DNA from: Hyphochytrium catenoides
Lineage: Eukaryota > Protista > Hyphochytriomycota
NCBI GenBank assembly: GCA_900088475.1
Contig: FLMG01003580.1
Span: 1-38,123 of the forward strand
Direction: 5' to 3'
Length of the DNA stretch: 38,123 nucleotides
The translations under genes were made by a program, and so were the position numbers. The notes beneath the pieces are model-generated. The model searched no databases and had not been told where the DNA came from. It was given only the letters and a program-made list of their open reading frames with translations. Positions 10,881 to 23,082 of the stretch are shown piece after piece (positions within the stretch are counted from its first letter, which is position 1; every line of letters starts with the position of its first letter).

Positions 10881-11207
10881 GTCAAGTGAATGTTTTGGGT
10901 GTAATTCTGAGCAGAAGCCCATCATAAATCTTCTGATGGGTTACTGATAACTACATCTATGGACTGAGGGCTGATTCTCAAGATATGATCTAACTCTGAT
11001 TCCTTGGAGGTGATTCTCTTTGAGGTTGATGATGAAGCGCAAGATGAACCTGGAAAATGAGCTTCAGAATCTCTCGATTTTGGAGCGAAATTGGATTTTG
11101 AAATCTCTGTCATTGGCCTGTAGAGGAGAGGCCGTCTGGTTTCCTCTGGAAAGCGTGCAGGAAGAAAGTTTGTTTTGGGGGAGCTGTCACGGTGACTAGA
11201 TGCAAGC

Positions 11208-14200
11208 ATGGCCTATAGAGCGCGAAGCAATGCCTTGATCTTCTCAAGGCTGTTATCGGAGGAGCACGATAAACAAGGCATCGCCAGTTACCTCGAGAAC
11301 CTTTCTGATTTAGAGGTAGGGCCATGATGACACGCGATGGAGAGTTGGATCTTAAGAGCGGTATATTACCTGCTAGGTGGACGACCTGGTAACTTGTATT
11401 CGAGACTTCTCGCTATACGCAGATGAGTTGGCTGTATCGGACACCAATGTGCGGCCAAGTGAGGTCATTAGAATTCTCACGCTCTCCAAGAAGACCAGAT
11501 CAAAAGTGCTTGTTGAGTTCCTTAATGTGAGAGCTTCTACATGAGCTTTTACCTTGGCCCTGGTCAAGCCAATGACTGATATTCACCTCTTGCAGGTCCT
11601 TCAGGACGGAGTCCTCTCGATGGCAGAGGCTAATATGTGCAAGTCCGAATTCTTCGTCGCGTTGGTCAGCGGATTTTCCGAAGATGAGGCCGAGGCAAGA
11701 AGGGCGGAGCTGCTTGACATTGCGGAACAAGTGTTTGCTTGGCTTGAAGGTCGAACTGTATCCATAATATTGAGGTCTTCGTATGCCTCTAAAGCCCTTC
11801 CTTTGTACTTGTAGACTCGGGGACAGGGAGCACTTTGATGGTAGCCTTTGAGCTCCTACCTTCTATCATTGAGGCTGGTTCAAAGCACAGTTCGCTGGAT
11901 GAACAGGTTGTCAACTTCTTCAAGGCTTCATAAATCATGTTTGAAAGGCTAATACTCTGTGATATGTCTTATCCGTCGTTCGTGGCAGATTTTTCAGAAG
12001 CTCCTGGAGAGGGAATGGACGCCTGCTTTTGCGACTGGCTTGATCGCAGTGCTTCCAGACCTGTCCAAGTTCTTTACAGCTGGTATCCAGCGGCAGCTGA
12101 AGGTGTGAGAGGAGAGCGTTGTCCTTTTGCCTTTCTCATTGGGAAGGTCTCCCCTGCTGAAATGTTCTCGTGCCTATTTGCTTCCAGAGGCGAATTACCT
12201 AACCGTAGATGTTTACTTTCCTTTGGTAGAGCAAGCTGGCTGAGGCTGGAAGTCAGCTGAATGCGGGCGAGCTGGTAGGCGCAATCCAGGCATGTCTGCA
12301 CCTCGCAGAACTGCGCGATGATGCGGAGTGGTGCACGGTCCTGCGTATTCTTTATGGCTATATTGATAATGATTTCCTCCCGACAGCTGACTACCTTCTT
12401 GAAACGGTGAGCAAGAAGTTTACCTCTCTCGGTAGCTTCTTCTGGTAAACCTAGTAAGATTCTGAAGACGTTTAACACGGGTATCTCTATAGTCTTCTTC
12501 TCGAGACTGAGCGTAACGTCAACCACTCGATTTGAACGATCCCTACTCATCTCTAGTACTGATTCTCCTTTTTGCCGCTCTACTTAGGCGTTACAGCGTT
12601 CTCAGATGGCCTTGCAACTGCTCTACGAATCCATCTTCTCCGATGTCAAGAAAGACTCTTCCTGTTATGAGAATGGGACAGACTCTGTAAAGTCGGGTTT
12701 TATTGTAGACATTGTCCTCCTAATGCTTATTCTGAGGAGCGAGGATCCTTGCTGCCCTGATGATCTGGCTGCTATGGCCGGGGTGGAACTTCCCTCGCGC
12801 GCTGTACGGTTGAAGTCCCAGAAAGCCATTGAGAGATTACTTGTTTCCAGCTACTTAGCAAGGGAGAAGGTGACGGAGGGTAGGGCAGAGCGGATCGGAG
12901 GAGACAAGACGGAAGTTGTCGTTGGTGGAAGCAAGCTGAGTCTTGTTGATGCATCCGAGAGGTTTGTCAACCATTGCCGGTCTATCTTCTTAGCTGTGCT
13001 TCGCTATGGGAATCTAGAAGGTAGAGAAGACCACCGTTCGATGGCACAGACGCGTACAGCCTCAACTATTATTCAGCTCGCCGAAGGATGGTGCAGAAAT
13101 GAGAACAAAAGGTGAGCAGAAAGATTTTTCCGTGTCTGGAGCAGCGCTCTGTTGGCTGAGTTAAAAATTTACGTTGTTCTTAGCGCTCTGCATTCTGTTC
13201 TACTAGCAGCGCTTCATGCCTACGTGGTCCAGTGAACTCCTTACCTTCCTAGCCTTGTAAAACACCTTCCACTGAACAGCACCTCACCTCGCATGCCCTA
13301 TTCTATCTTAGCTTGGGAGGCTGTGATGACCCTTTACTGCCGCTCAAGACTCCACAAGATAGAAGTAAATTAGGAGCAGCGCTGCTAGTCATGATCTTTG
13401 AGGAGGTAACTATTATCACTTTCTGCGCAGTCCCTTTACCATGCCAGTTCTCTCTCTTCCTACTAATATTCGTCCCTCATCTTTCCTCCCTCTCTGTTTC
13501 CCCGCCCGTCCTTTCTTCTCTTACGACCTCCTTCTCATTTCTCTTAGCTGCCACATTCCCGCGAAAGCGTGCTTGCGTTGACGTTAGAGGAAATCTCGTC
13601 TGGAACACCTCCTGAGGTAAGACGCTATTCTATAGCTCATCACATACATCGTCCACTATTGGTTGACAAGGTAGATAACATCGTTGACACAGATCCAACA
13701 CGTTTATTGTGAGATCTTGGGGATGCTCTGCCTTAGGCCCCTACTTTTGACTCCGTTCCTATCCAAACTTCAGGATTGGATAAGGTTAGTTTAGGCGACT
13801 AGTGCGATTCTGTTAACTACTAAAAACGTACTAAGGAACTATCGTCTGCAGGTTCACCCATCTTTTGGAGCCAGAGCTAGGGCTAAGAACACTGCAATCG
13901 CTGGCCCCTCTCATTGAAGAGCATCAGGGTAGGTTTAGGCTACAATCTCTTTCCGCTTCCTGGTCTGTGGCCCTCGTGTCTGGGTCTGCCTATTCACAGC
14001 CACCTCTCAGCTTCACGTTATAAATTGTTCTCGTTCCTGCCTTTTCCCTTTCTTCAACCGCCATTCCTAGTACCTCACCAGCACAGGGAGTCTGTAAGTT
14101 GTTAGCCCATTTCCGGCCATCGGCCCTGCCTGCCGCTGCCCCTTGTGCCTACTGCTACCTTCACTAACCTCGTCGTCTTTCACTTTCAGGCTTTTACGAC

Positions 14201-17200
14201 TCCACCGTGCTTTTGTTTCGGAAGCTCTTAGTAGATTCATCTGAACGAGTGAGGCTCTTTGCCATTCAAGGCTTGTGTGCTTTATTAACCAGAAGAGCTA
14301 GCGTGACCAAGGAAGCGGTAAGACAGACTCAAGTCCGGTTGGGATGGTCACAATAGCTCATTCCGTGTTCACCACCATGATTACTACCAAGTAGGAAAGA
14401 GGAAGTTTGCAAAGCGTGACTGGGTACGAGCTTAGAGAGAGGCTGGGTGTTCCAACGTATACAATTACGGCTAGAATCTCGCGTCAGGCTGTAGGTTTTG
14501 GGACTGTTTGAGAGGAGAAAGGGCCAGTCAGGTGCCTTACAGGCTTAAGGATGATAGAACGAGTCTCGATGCGAGCCAAACCCTATATTTGAATTGCTGC
14601 CTTGTGACTAACATCTTGTTGTCTTTTTAGGATACCTTATGCTCCTGCTTGGTCACGACCTTCTCTTTCCCCTTACCCCTTCGTATTACGGCCTACTCCC
14701 GCCTAGGGAAGTCCTTCTCAGAGAAAGATGGCTGCAATTCTAGTAGGTCTCTGTTATCAGCAGAATCTCTGTTCCTCTTGGAGTCGGCGTTGAAGAGGCG
14801 TTTGCTGAGATACTTCTTGCCTCGTTGCGCAGGTAGGTCTTACGAGTGAGATGGAGGAGATGGGAAAGCAGAACAGCTTAGATGTAACGATTTTTTTATG
14901 TCATTCGGCAGAGGAGGACCAGGCCAGTGCAGGCAAGCGGTCGCAGACTGCTGGGCCTAGGTTGGAGCCGGGATATGCTTTCGCGGTAAGCCAAAGTAGT
15001 ATCTTGGTTGGGGTGAAATTCAAGGTCTGATTTGAGAAATCCAAGACCATCAATAGTACGAGATCGGGAAGGAAGATAGAGAGTACTTAAAAAGATTGCG
15101 CTTTCAAGAGCAGGGCCAGCACTTTCCTAATCCTTGCTGACGCTTCCTCTTGTTAAGATTGACCGTTGCTACGATCGTCTGGGTTCAGAGAACGTTTTAA
15201 AGGAAGACATCTCGGGGCTTCTGGGCTGTGTGATGGTATTAGAGCGTTACTGTCATCTCTCCCTTGGTGAAAGCTCGGTCTGTCTGTCGAGAGAGCTGCA
15301 ATCATATGGCTGGCTTGGACTCGAAGCATTTTTTGCCCTGTTAAGGCATATTGTTGAGCCAGGCTGGCTGTTTCAGGCACTTACCAGGGATGCCAGGTAT
15401 GGATCTTGCACTTCAGTTTCTGCGATAGATTGAAGTCCAGTATGCGACCCTGATATAAGTAAAAGACACGAAGTGAAAGGTACTGAGAACGTACGGATAT
15501 GTAGAAAGAAAGGGTAACACTGGGGTAACAAAACCGGCCTTTTGCATCGACAGATAGCTGCAATTGATCAGTTGCGCCTCAACGCTGACTAGCTTTTATA
15601 TTCCTAGAAACTTATTACCGGAAAGGTTCGATCCCTTTCGTAACCTACTGAAGATGCTCCTCCACTGGATATCAGATGGACAGAATGAAGATCGCGCTGG
15701 AGTCTATGAGGACCAATACAAATTGCTTATGCGGTAAAAGTCCATCATCTCCCTCTCTCAATCCATCACAGAGCCTCACTCATCAACTGCGGCTTTCAGA
15801 ACTTTTATTGATGACCACATTACTATAGTGGGAGATACAGAAGCTCTTAAACAGCAGCTTCTACAGCTCTACTGCGCCGTCACCATTATTGCGACTGCGT
15901 TTTCTTCACCCTCAGCTCTTCCTCCGCTTGGAATGAGTTCAGACCAACCTATTAGTCTTTCGGTGCTTGTGACTGAGAAGATGACGGAATTTTTCTCTCA
16001 CGCCGAGCTCGAGACGAAGCATTCAGTAGACGAGCCCACACCTGTGACGCAAGAATTTTTGCTTCACCTCTTCGGTGTGTCGGAGAGTCTAAAGCACCAT
16101 CGTCTCTCGGTCAACTCTAAGGTCGGCGGAGAAAGAAACACGACGTTGTCTTCACGGCCCTCGGATATCCAAGAGGTTTTCCACCTCTACCGTCGTTGCC
16201 TCTTGCCGGAAGGTGATCTCCAGGGATTGATAATAACTCCCAACAATATCACAGTACCCAGAAGAATGCTTTCCTCAGACAGCCCATCCTGGGGTGTGCA
16301 GCTTCTCTCCCGCTTAAAAGGGGATGAGGTGCGGAGGAAGGGGACCGATCTATTGTTATCAACCTGCTTTGACCTCCACGCAGAGCTAGTACAATACATA
16401 GAGACAGCTGTGGAGCAAGATTTGGTAACACCACGAGACCTCGAGAATGTGCTGAAGGTAATGCTCGTCATCCTGTACCTACCGTCTCAAGCTGAACAAG
16501 TCTCAAACCTCAATCTCAACTCTCTAATGGCCTCTCTCGCTCAAGATGGTCAACAAAGGGTTATTGTTCGGGCCTTCTTGTCCATTTACCTGCAAGTCGA
16601 TTTGTTTGGCTCCATTTCAGTGACACGTAGGTCTTAGCTCACTGACTATGTTTCACTCCTACGCTGGCGCGCTCGTCTAGGCCGTGACTCCACCCCAGAA
16701 GGAGGCCGAAGAGCCAGACGAAGAAAATGGAGCTACGTTTTTCAAGGTCGCCCTCGTTCTCTCCAAACGTTTGCGGCACATGATAGACGAAGGGATACCG
16801 GCCAATGTACTAATGGCATACCTGCGCCTCATCGAAAGAACATTAGAGCGAGGAGATTCCAAGAACGCGCACGCTTGGGATGTCCTAGGGAGGATTGCAG
16901 ACGAATTTTTCGCCATTTTGACTGCCCATACCATCGATCACTCGACCATATTCAGGATGATGCTGAAGAGGGTTATGGACCCTTTGCAGATACCACCGCT
17001 GAAGGAGGATAGGAGCAATGAAGGAAGCAAAGACGGCGGACAGGAGGCCCATGGCAACAACTTTAGGCAAGATGAAGATAAAGTAGGTGAACGAGCGAGG
17101 GTAGAGACTGTCTGCAAACGAGTATGCATGATGTTGGAGGGCCTAAGCACCTTTGAGACCGGAAGGACACTGGACGTAGATGAAGAGAGTGGTAAAGAGA

Positions 17201-18576
17201 AGTCAAGTTCGCAGATCCGTTTAACCAACTTCAGCATGGCCTCCTCCGCTGCTCGGCTAGTATTTCCCTGCCTGGACAGCTTACTTGCCAACCTCATGGA
17301 TTCAATGCAAACGGTTGATGGTACGTGGTGGATTGCGTGAAAAGATTGGAGAAGATACAGGGAGTGGTGTCGGTGTTATGAGTTTAAAAGAAGCTGACAG
17401 GCGGCAGTGTGGGTAAGGGTTCTCGAAGCCTAACAGCCCCATACTAAGAAGGAACTTCTCACTCCCACAGGACCTTACTCGCCAGAAAAGTTGGAAATGA
17501 TACGAACCTTGGTTGAAGTCGTCACGAGGCTCTTCTCTCCAGAGGACTCACACAGTGAAGAAGAGGAAGAAGAAGAGGGGCATCCAGAGCAGGGTGGGAG
17601 CCAGAAGACGGCGCTTCTCCAAACCTCTTCCCAAATCTTCGCGTCTATTACACGCCTCACGACCAACTCAGGGCTTGCAGGAAAGTTGATATCCTGGCTG
17701 AATGGGTCTGGCGGTCAATCTCTTCCTGCTGAGTACGAGCAGCTAGTGCTCTGCTTCACTCAATACTGCGCAGAACTAGGAGCATGGTTGACGAGGCAGC
17801 TCAAGCATGATAATCATCCCAAAAAGAAAGCGGTATGATACTCGCTGTGAGCTATCCCTTTCCCTACCTTACCTCTTACTTCCTGCTCTCCTTTTTTCCC
17901 AACCTCCTCCATTTCTCCATTCGCTAACGCAGCTGTTCCCGTATGTCTTTCCTATTCATTTTCTGTTTAGCTACTGGGGCTGCGCTTTAAGCTTGAGCTT
18001 ACCGCCTCCGCGTTGGCCAAGGCCTTGCAGAACAGAAAGCATTTTAAGCTGGTAAATGCCGCATTGATTCAATCACCTTCAGTACAGTCATATCTGGTGA
18101 CTTTTCTTTTACTCTGCAAGACACTCTTGCTTCTGTTGCCTTTCTTTGCTAATGTCCGCCGACCTATTCATAGCCCTATGCCTTATTTGGTCGATGTCCT
18201 CTAACTCTCCGACTTCGTTTCTTGACCCCGCTCTTGAAGCTCTGTTTCAAAACTAGTATTGCTACTCTGTTTCTATATGTCTCTGACTGCCGGCGCACTT
18301 GTGCCTTGAGAGTCCATACTGAAGTGGATTTGTGGCCTCCCTCAGGCGGTTAAAGAGTTGGTTAGAGTGCAAGGAGGCGGACGAGAAGCTGCTGTCTTGC
18401 AGGAGAGCGAGCAGTCTATTCCCGCTAAGAGACAGCTCGCAGGATCATCTTCTACTCTGTCAAGTAGAAGAAAGAAGAAACGCTTACGTTCTAGAAACAA
18501 GTTTGTGGATCAGTTCCTCACAGAGGAGACTGGAGGCGATAGATATGCCGACTTGGAAGATTTCATCGTCACGTAA
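11208..18576 (+). CDS. FANCI: FANCI-like (Fanconi anemia group I) alpha-solenoid protein, many short introns
   Basis: A long multi-exon leucine-rich helical protein; first exons are 11208-11315 and 11377-11505. Segments resemble FANCI motifs recalled from the human protein: FELLPSIIEA (~LELLPIILTAL), SKLGAALLVMIFEE (~CKLGANILLETFK), FRKLLVDSSERVRLFAIQGLCALL (~[22 protein letters not shown]), PLPLRITAYSRL (~QADVRLMLYEGF), EPGYAFA (~EPLDYLL). It ends RKKKRLRSRNKFVDQFLTEETGGDRYADLEDFIVT* (TAA 18574-18576). Not every internal exon boundary was resolved. Confidence 0.72.
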
Positions 18577-18739
18577 TATTGACAGAATGGAAAGCTGCCT
18601 GGCAGATACCAAGAGCCTACCCTTCTTCTCAAGTGAAGTTCTTGCAGGAAACAAAGCTATTTAATGTACATATCATCCTACTCGTAGCTTCTTCCTCATT
18701 GAACGTTTACCTCCTTATGCATTAGCCACAGCTCGGAAG

Positions 18740-19790
18740 AAGGAGAAAAAGAAGAAGAAGAGGAAGAAAAGACATCATGAGCTACAAAGCCTTTGTCTCT
18801 CCATCGGCTCTCTCTTCATCACCATCTTATCAAGGAAAGGAGGGATTTTTAGTTGACTTCCTCAGTAATAACAAGAGAAGGAGAAGAGAAGAGGGCGAAG
18901 CGCCGACAACATTATCATCGTGTCATCTGACCAGGCAAGCCAGAGAAGAGTCCAACTGCTGCAAAGAGGAATACGCTCCTGGTAGTAATTACAGCCATTT
19001 ATGATAGTTCTATTATCTCTCATTCGAAGGAGGAAGAGACGAAGAAGGAGAAAAGGGAGAAGAAGTAGAAGACCATGAAGAAGAGACAACACGAGCTACA
19101 AAGTCTATCCTCTTGTTCAGGTCTATCTGCTTCACCCTCGTCGTTAACAAAAGATAAGGACTAGAGTTAAGTTTCTCACCAATGACAAGAGGAAAAGAAG
19201 GAGAACAAGGAGTAGATGATGAGGCGCCGCTATCAATATCACGTTCGAGAAGGCAACGAAGAGAAGGGTCCAACTGCTGAAGAGGATGGCATCTGAAGGG
19301 CATTTTCTTCATGAGTAACAAAGGAGAACCTGGTATGAAGGCGTTTCTTCAGACAAGTATTTTCTTCATAAGAAGAGGAAATAAGCACTGTATGGTGTTC
19401 CTTCTCATTGAAGAAGAAGCAAGAAGAGAAGAAAGAAGAAGAGGCAAAAAGAGCTACAAGGTCTGGGTCGCTTCATTTAAGATCGCTGTTCGTTGTTAGG
19501 ATACTCCGACTGGTAATGGCTTCATGCCATCATACCAGAGTCTCCCATCAAGAAAGTAGGCACAGACTATGAAGCGTATTCCTTCCCAGCAGTTGGGTTC
19601 TTCTCTGTCTTGCCTAGTCGAGTTTGATGATGGTCTTGGTGCCACTTCTTCTTCTTCTACTCCTCCTTCTCCCATTGATTAGGGCTGAGGAGGATCAACT
19701 ATGATCCTTCCTTTCTAACAAGCATCAGGGACGGGAAACGGTTGAAGAAGCGACCAAGGCTTTGTAGCTCTCTTGCCTCTTCTTCTTCTT
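18740..19790. repeat. Degenerate ~320 bp repeat: two direct copies, a partial third copy and one inverted copy
   Basis: Marker GAGCTACAA occurs at 18779, 19093 and 19451, and its reverse complement at 19762-19770. Marker CCAACTGCTG occurs at 18952 and 19270, and its reverse complement at 19587-19596. The distance between markers is ~173-177 bp in each full copy. Confidence 0.75.
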
Positions 19791-20738
19791 CTATGAGTAC
19801 TAGTTGCTGCAATGTTTCTTCCCTCCTCTGCACTATTCAGAAAATGATGATGACACTATGCAAGTCTAGAGGTGCAGCTCTCTCAAAGAAGAGACTATTG
19901 GAAAGTTCCCTTTGTGTTAAGGATATGAAGAAGCGGGGAATCGGGATCCCAGGCCGCAAACAAAGAACAATGCCTCGCAACTAATGATAACGATTCACAT
20001 GGAAGGCAGTTGTTAGCGGCATGGCATCTTTAAGCTTCCAACAGACTGATTCATAAGCCATAGGATAAGTGCACGGGTCCACACGCCACGGGGGTGCAAG
20101 CAGGACCGCTACGCGAGTATTAACTATGACTTAGCAAAGGTCTCCCCACATCCCGACTGACAGCCCATCTTCAAGCGCAACAGCCAGCACTTTGAAGTCC
20201 CAAAGTTTATCAAAACCTATCGTCGATGTGTCAGATCGAAGGCCTGAGCGGCGCAGTAACCAGTAACCAAGAGGCGTAATCCTCCTCTAGTAGTGTCTTC
20301 TTGTGGACTCTGACCTTGCTTTAAGTTGACCCAGGCCGAAGCATGGTTTGGATCGTCATGTTGAGCATCTGAACAATTTGATGTGCGGACGGTCCAGATC
20401 CTCAAAACCTTTCTGGACCCGTCAATGACCAACATTGTTGCTGTGTCATCCTGAGTGTAAGTAAAGCAGGTGTAAAGGCCTTGGTTGATGCAGAGAGGCG
20501 TCAGAATGAGTCGGACTGATGAAGGACAAAAATGCGATTAGCGGCACTCTCAGTCAGTTTGCAGTCAGATCCTGATCAATAATCCCGCACAAACAGGTCA
20601 GAAGTAGTCGTTCCTAGCGAGCGCTCTCCTGCCACAACGAACGAAGGGTCACGTTCGTGCAGAGGAGGAGACTCCAGTCCCCGACTCCTCGGTAAGAAAC
20701 GAGGAGGGCTTTTCTTCTTGCGGGAAACGACATATCAC

Positions 20739-22481
20739 AGCCTCATCATACAGGGCCTAAGGTCGCTTGACGGTCTCAACATAATTCACTTCTATAGAAG
20801 TACTAGCCAAGGGAAGGCCTTGCTATGGCTTGTGTAACATCTCGTTACTTCTTTTCATCGATACGTTGGGAATGTGTCCATCACCCCAAAGGTCATGTCC
20901 GTTATCAGAGTAATAGTCCACACTCGCCGCTCTTGATGGCTTGTCTTTGCATGTTCTACATAGCGATAGGATGTGCGACTGCCCGCGCTCGCCGCGCGCT
21001 TAGCTGTAATCTCACTTCACAATTTCCAGATGATCTTCTGCACTTCGGCTTTTCTTCGCTTGAGTGTTCTCTCCTAGCCTTCCTCTGTGCCTACCAGTAG
21101 CGTAAGAGAGAGACCAGTCTCGGGAAGCATCCGAGGCTCTAAACGCTACAGGGGTAGCTGAGCGCCTAGCGTACATTGCTGAGTGAAGGAAGTTGTGGAG
21201 GCTGGTGAAGAAACGTGGATGCAAAAGAAGGGAGATAGCCCAACGCAGGCAGAAAAGATGGTAGATGAAGAGACAAAACGTGAAGTGGTGTCTGGCGAAA
21301 CCGGTGAACGGCCAATGACTGTGGCTGAAGGACGGGAGTTGCGTCAGGAAAAAGCTTATTGAGGGAGTTGCTTGGACGATTAGGCAGCATAACGAGGGCC
21401 GAGTGCCGACGTCCCTAGTAGTGAATCTCGACCCAGCATTCAACGACCAGCGACGGCTACCGTGGCCAGGAGGAGTGATAGCTCGAAGGCAAGGCCGTCA
21501 AAACCACTTTTTTATCGAGGGAAAGATCTAAGGAACCCCACGGGATTGGACACTTGGCTCATGAAGATTGAGCGCTACGTCTTTGAAGACTCTGACCCAG
21601 CGAAGATCAGGACAGCTACCTCCTTTCTTACCGAGAATGCAGCAGAATTCTGGCTAGCCAAGAGTAGCGAACTTAAGAGGCAAGAACAAGGACGACCTCA
21701 TTCGCTATCGACTCTCTAAACTATTCCGGAAGGGAAGGGTTGACGAGTACATCGCAGACTTCCGGAGACTTGCGTACCAGGTTGAATATCCGGGGGGGGA
21801 TATTAGGTTTTCCTGGCGAGGTAGAGGATGGGGCTGACCTCGGGCCTCAGTCTCAGATTTGCTCGGTCAGCCTCAGCCTCTGCCGCCTGCCCAGACTTAG
21901 ACACAGCGACAACGGAGAGGGGAGGCACGGCTGACTGCACCTATTCGGCGCAGCAGGAACAGTCAACCGCTACCCGGCATATCAACCTGTGCAGAAGACG
22001 GAAGACACGCAGCTAGAATGGTAGGGCCCAAGCAGGCAGGAGGCTCTCAACTACGCTAAGCACACATACAACCTAATGCTACGACAACCTAATCTTGGGG
22101 GCCAAGAGCCTCCTTCCTCCGCTTGACCCAGCTAGGGGCGGCAAGGAGAGCTCCCAGGCTAGTAATGTCAAGCGCCAGTTGTTCCCCCCAGCCAGAGGCT
22201 TACCATTGATCTGCATGCTCTCTCACGCTCATCCTGGTGAGCAACAGGAAATATCAAGAAAGGTGTAACCCATCATCAGTCATCCAAACACTTGTTTTCC
22301 GGAGCGACCGAGCCAGCCATGCGCGACGTGGCCGCATTTGTGACGTGTCTGTTCCTTGCTGGTCACTTTCAACTTATTACTGACAATTTTAGCCTCATCA
22401 TGCAGGGCCTAAGATCCCTTGACTTGCTCAACATTATTCACTTCTATAGAAGTACTAGCCAAGAGAAGACTGCTATGGCTT
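20739..22481 (+). repeat. ~95 bp direct repeat (20739-20831 and 22391-22481) bracketing the gag remnant
   Basis: AGCCTCATCATACAGGGCCTAAGG...ATTCACTTCTATAGAAGTACTAGCCAAG...TGCTATGGCTTG is present twice with scattered mismatches. Confidence 0.85.
21462..21830 (+). mobile_element. Ty3/gypsy-type retrotransposon gag remnant (frameshifted, no pol seen)
   Basis: PSKPLFYRGKDLRNPTGLDTWLMKIERYVF...AKIRTATSFLTENAAEFW matches the capsid pattern PxxFxG...WLxxxExY...KxxxAxxxLxxxAxxW. After a frameshift, GRVDEYIADFRRLAYQV matches the major-homology-like VxEYxxxFxxL. A possible LTR start TGTAAC lies at 20833; no second LTR or PBS was confirmed. Confidence 0.75.
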
Positions 22482-23082
22482 GATACCGTTTTAGTTGTCC
22501 AACTGAGCTATCCCTTCCCTCACGCGAACCAGTTCTACTCATCAGGGGCAGCTCCATACAATGTTCTATCGTTATGATCACATGTTCCTTTCCTTGACTA
22601 AGAGGTAGCCGTGCTTCTCTGTTACCTACTGCTACGAAGCAGGAAAATATGTAGTTGACCCTAGCTCTTGACTAAGAAGTAAAAGTATCTGCGAAGAGAA
22701 GGGAAGAGACGGAGCTGATCATCCCGATTCTTCCCCCTCTTCAGCATTCAGTTGCAGGGGGAATTCAATCCACTGAAGTGATAATTGGGCATGGATCTGC
22801 TAGTGCTCGTACACAGTCTAGGAGAAAAGTCCGTAGTAGTTCAACGAAGGCGGCTGGGCCAACAACAAACATGATGTTGTCGGCTTACAAAGAGGAGAAG
22901 GCGACAGAGGTAGACAAGCTATCAGTCTACCAGCACAAAGCCGATTAGTCCCTTCTTCCTCTTCTTCTGTCTCATCATCACATTCACTTCTGTTTTTTCC
23001 TACAACTAGTAACACCGAGTATATGTTCTCCGACCAACAACCAACACCTACCGCCGGACAAAGCCATCTCCTCCCGTTAACC

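Noticed and set aside
18740-19790. CRISPR-like array
   Set aside because: The units are ~320 bp, degenerate and partly inverted, in a eukaryotic context with no cas genes.
20121-20131. TAACTATGACT resembling the conserved LSU rRNA homing-endonuclease site
   Set aside because: Only an 11 nt match with unrelated flanks; no rRNA context.
20000-20560. Possible decayed gene on the minus strand (MLVIDGSRKVLRIW...)
   Set aside because: Short, stop-interrupted, and no family could be recognised.
22264-22270. Second TGTAAC preceded by purines as PPT plus 3' LTR
   Set aside because: The following sequence does not match 20833 onward and instead aligns with the host duplication block at 31770-31865.
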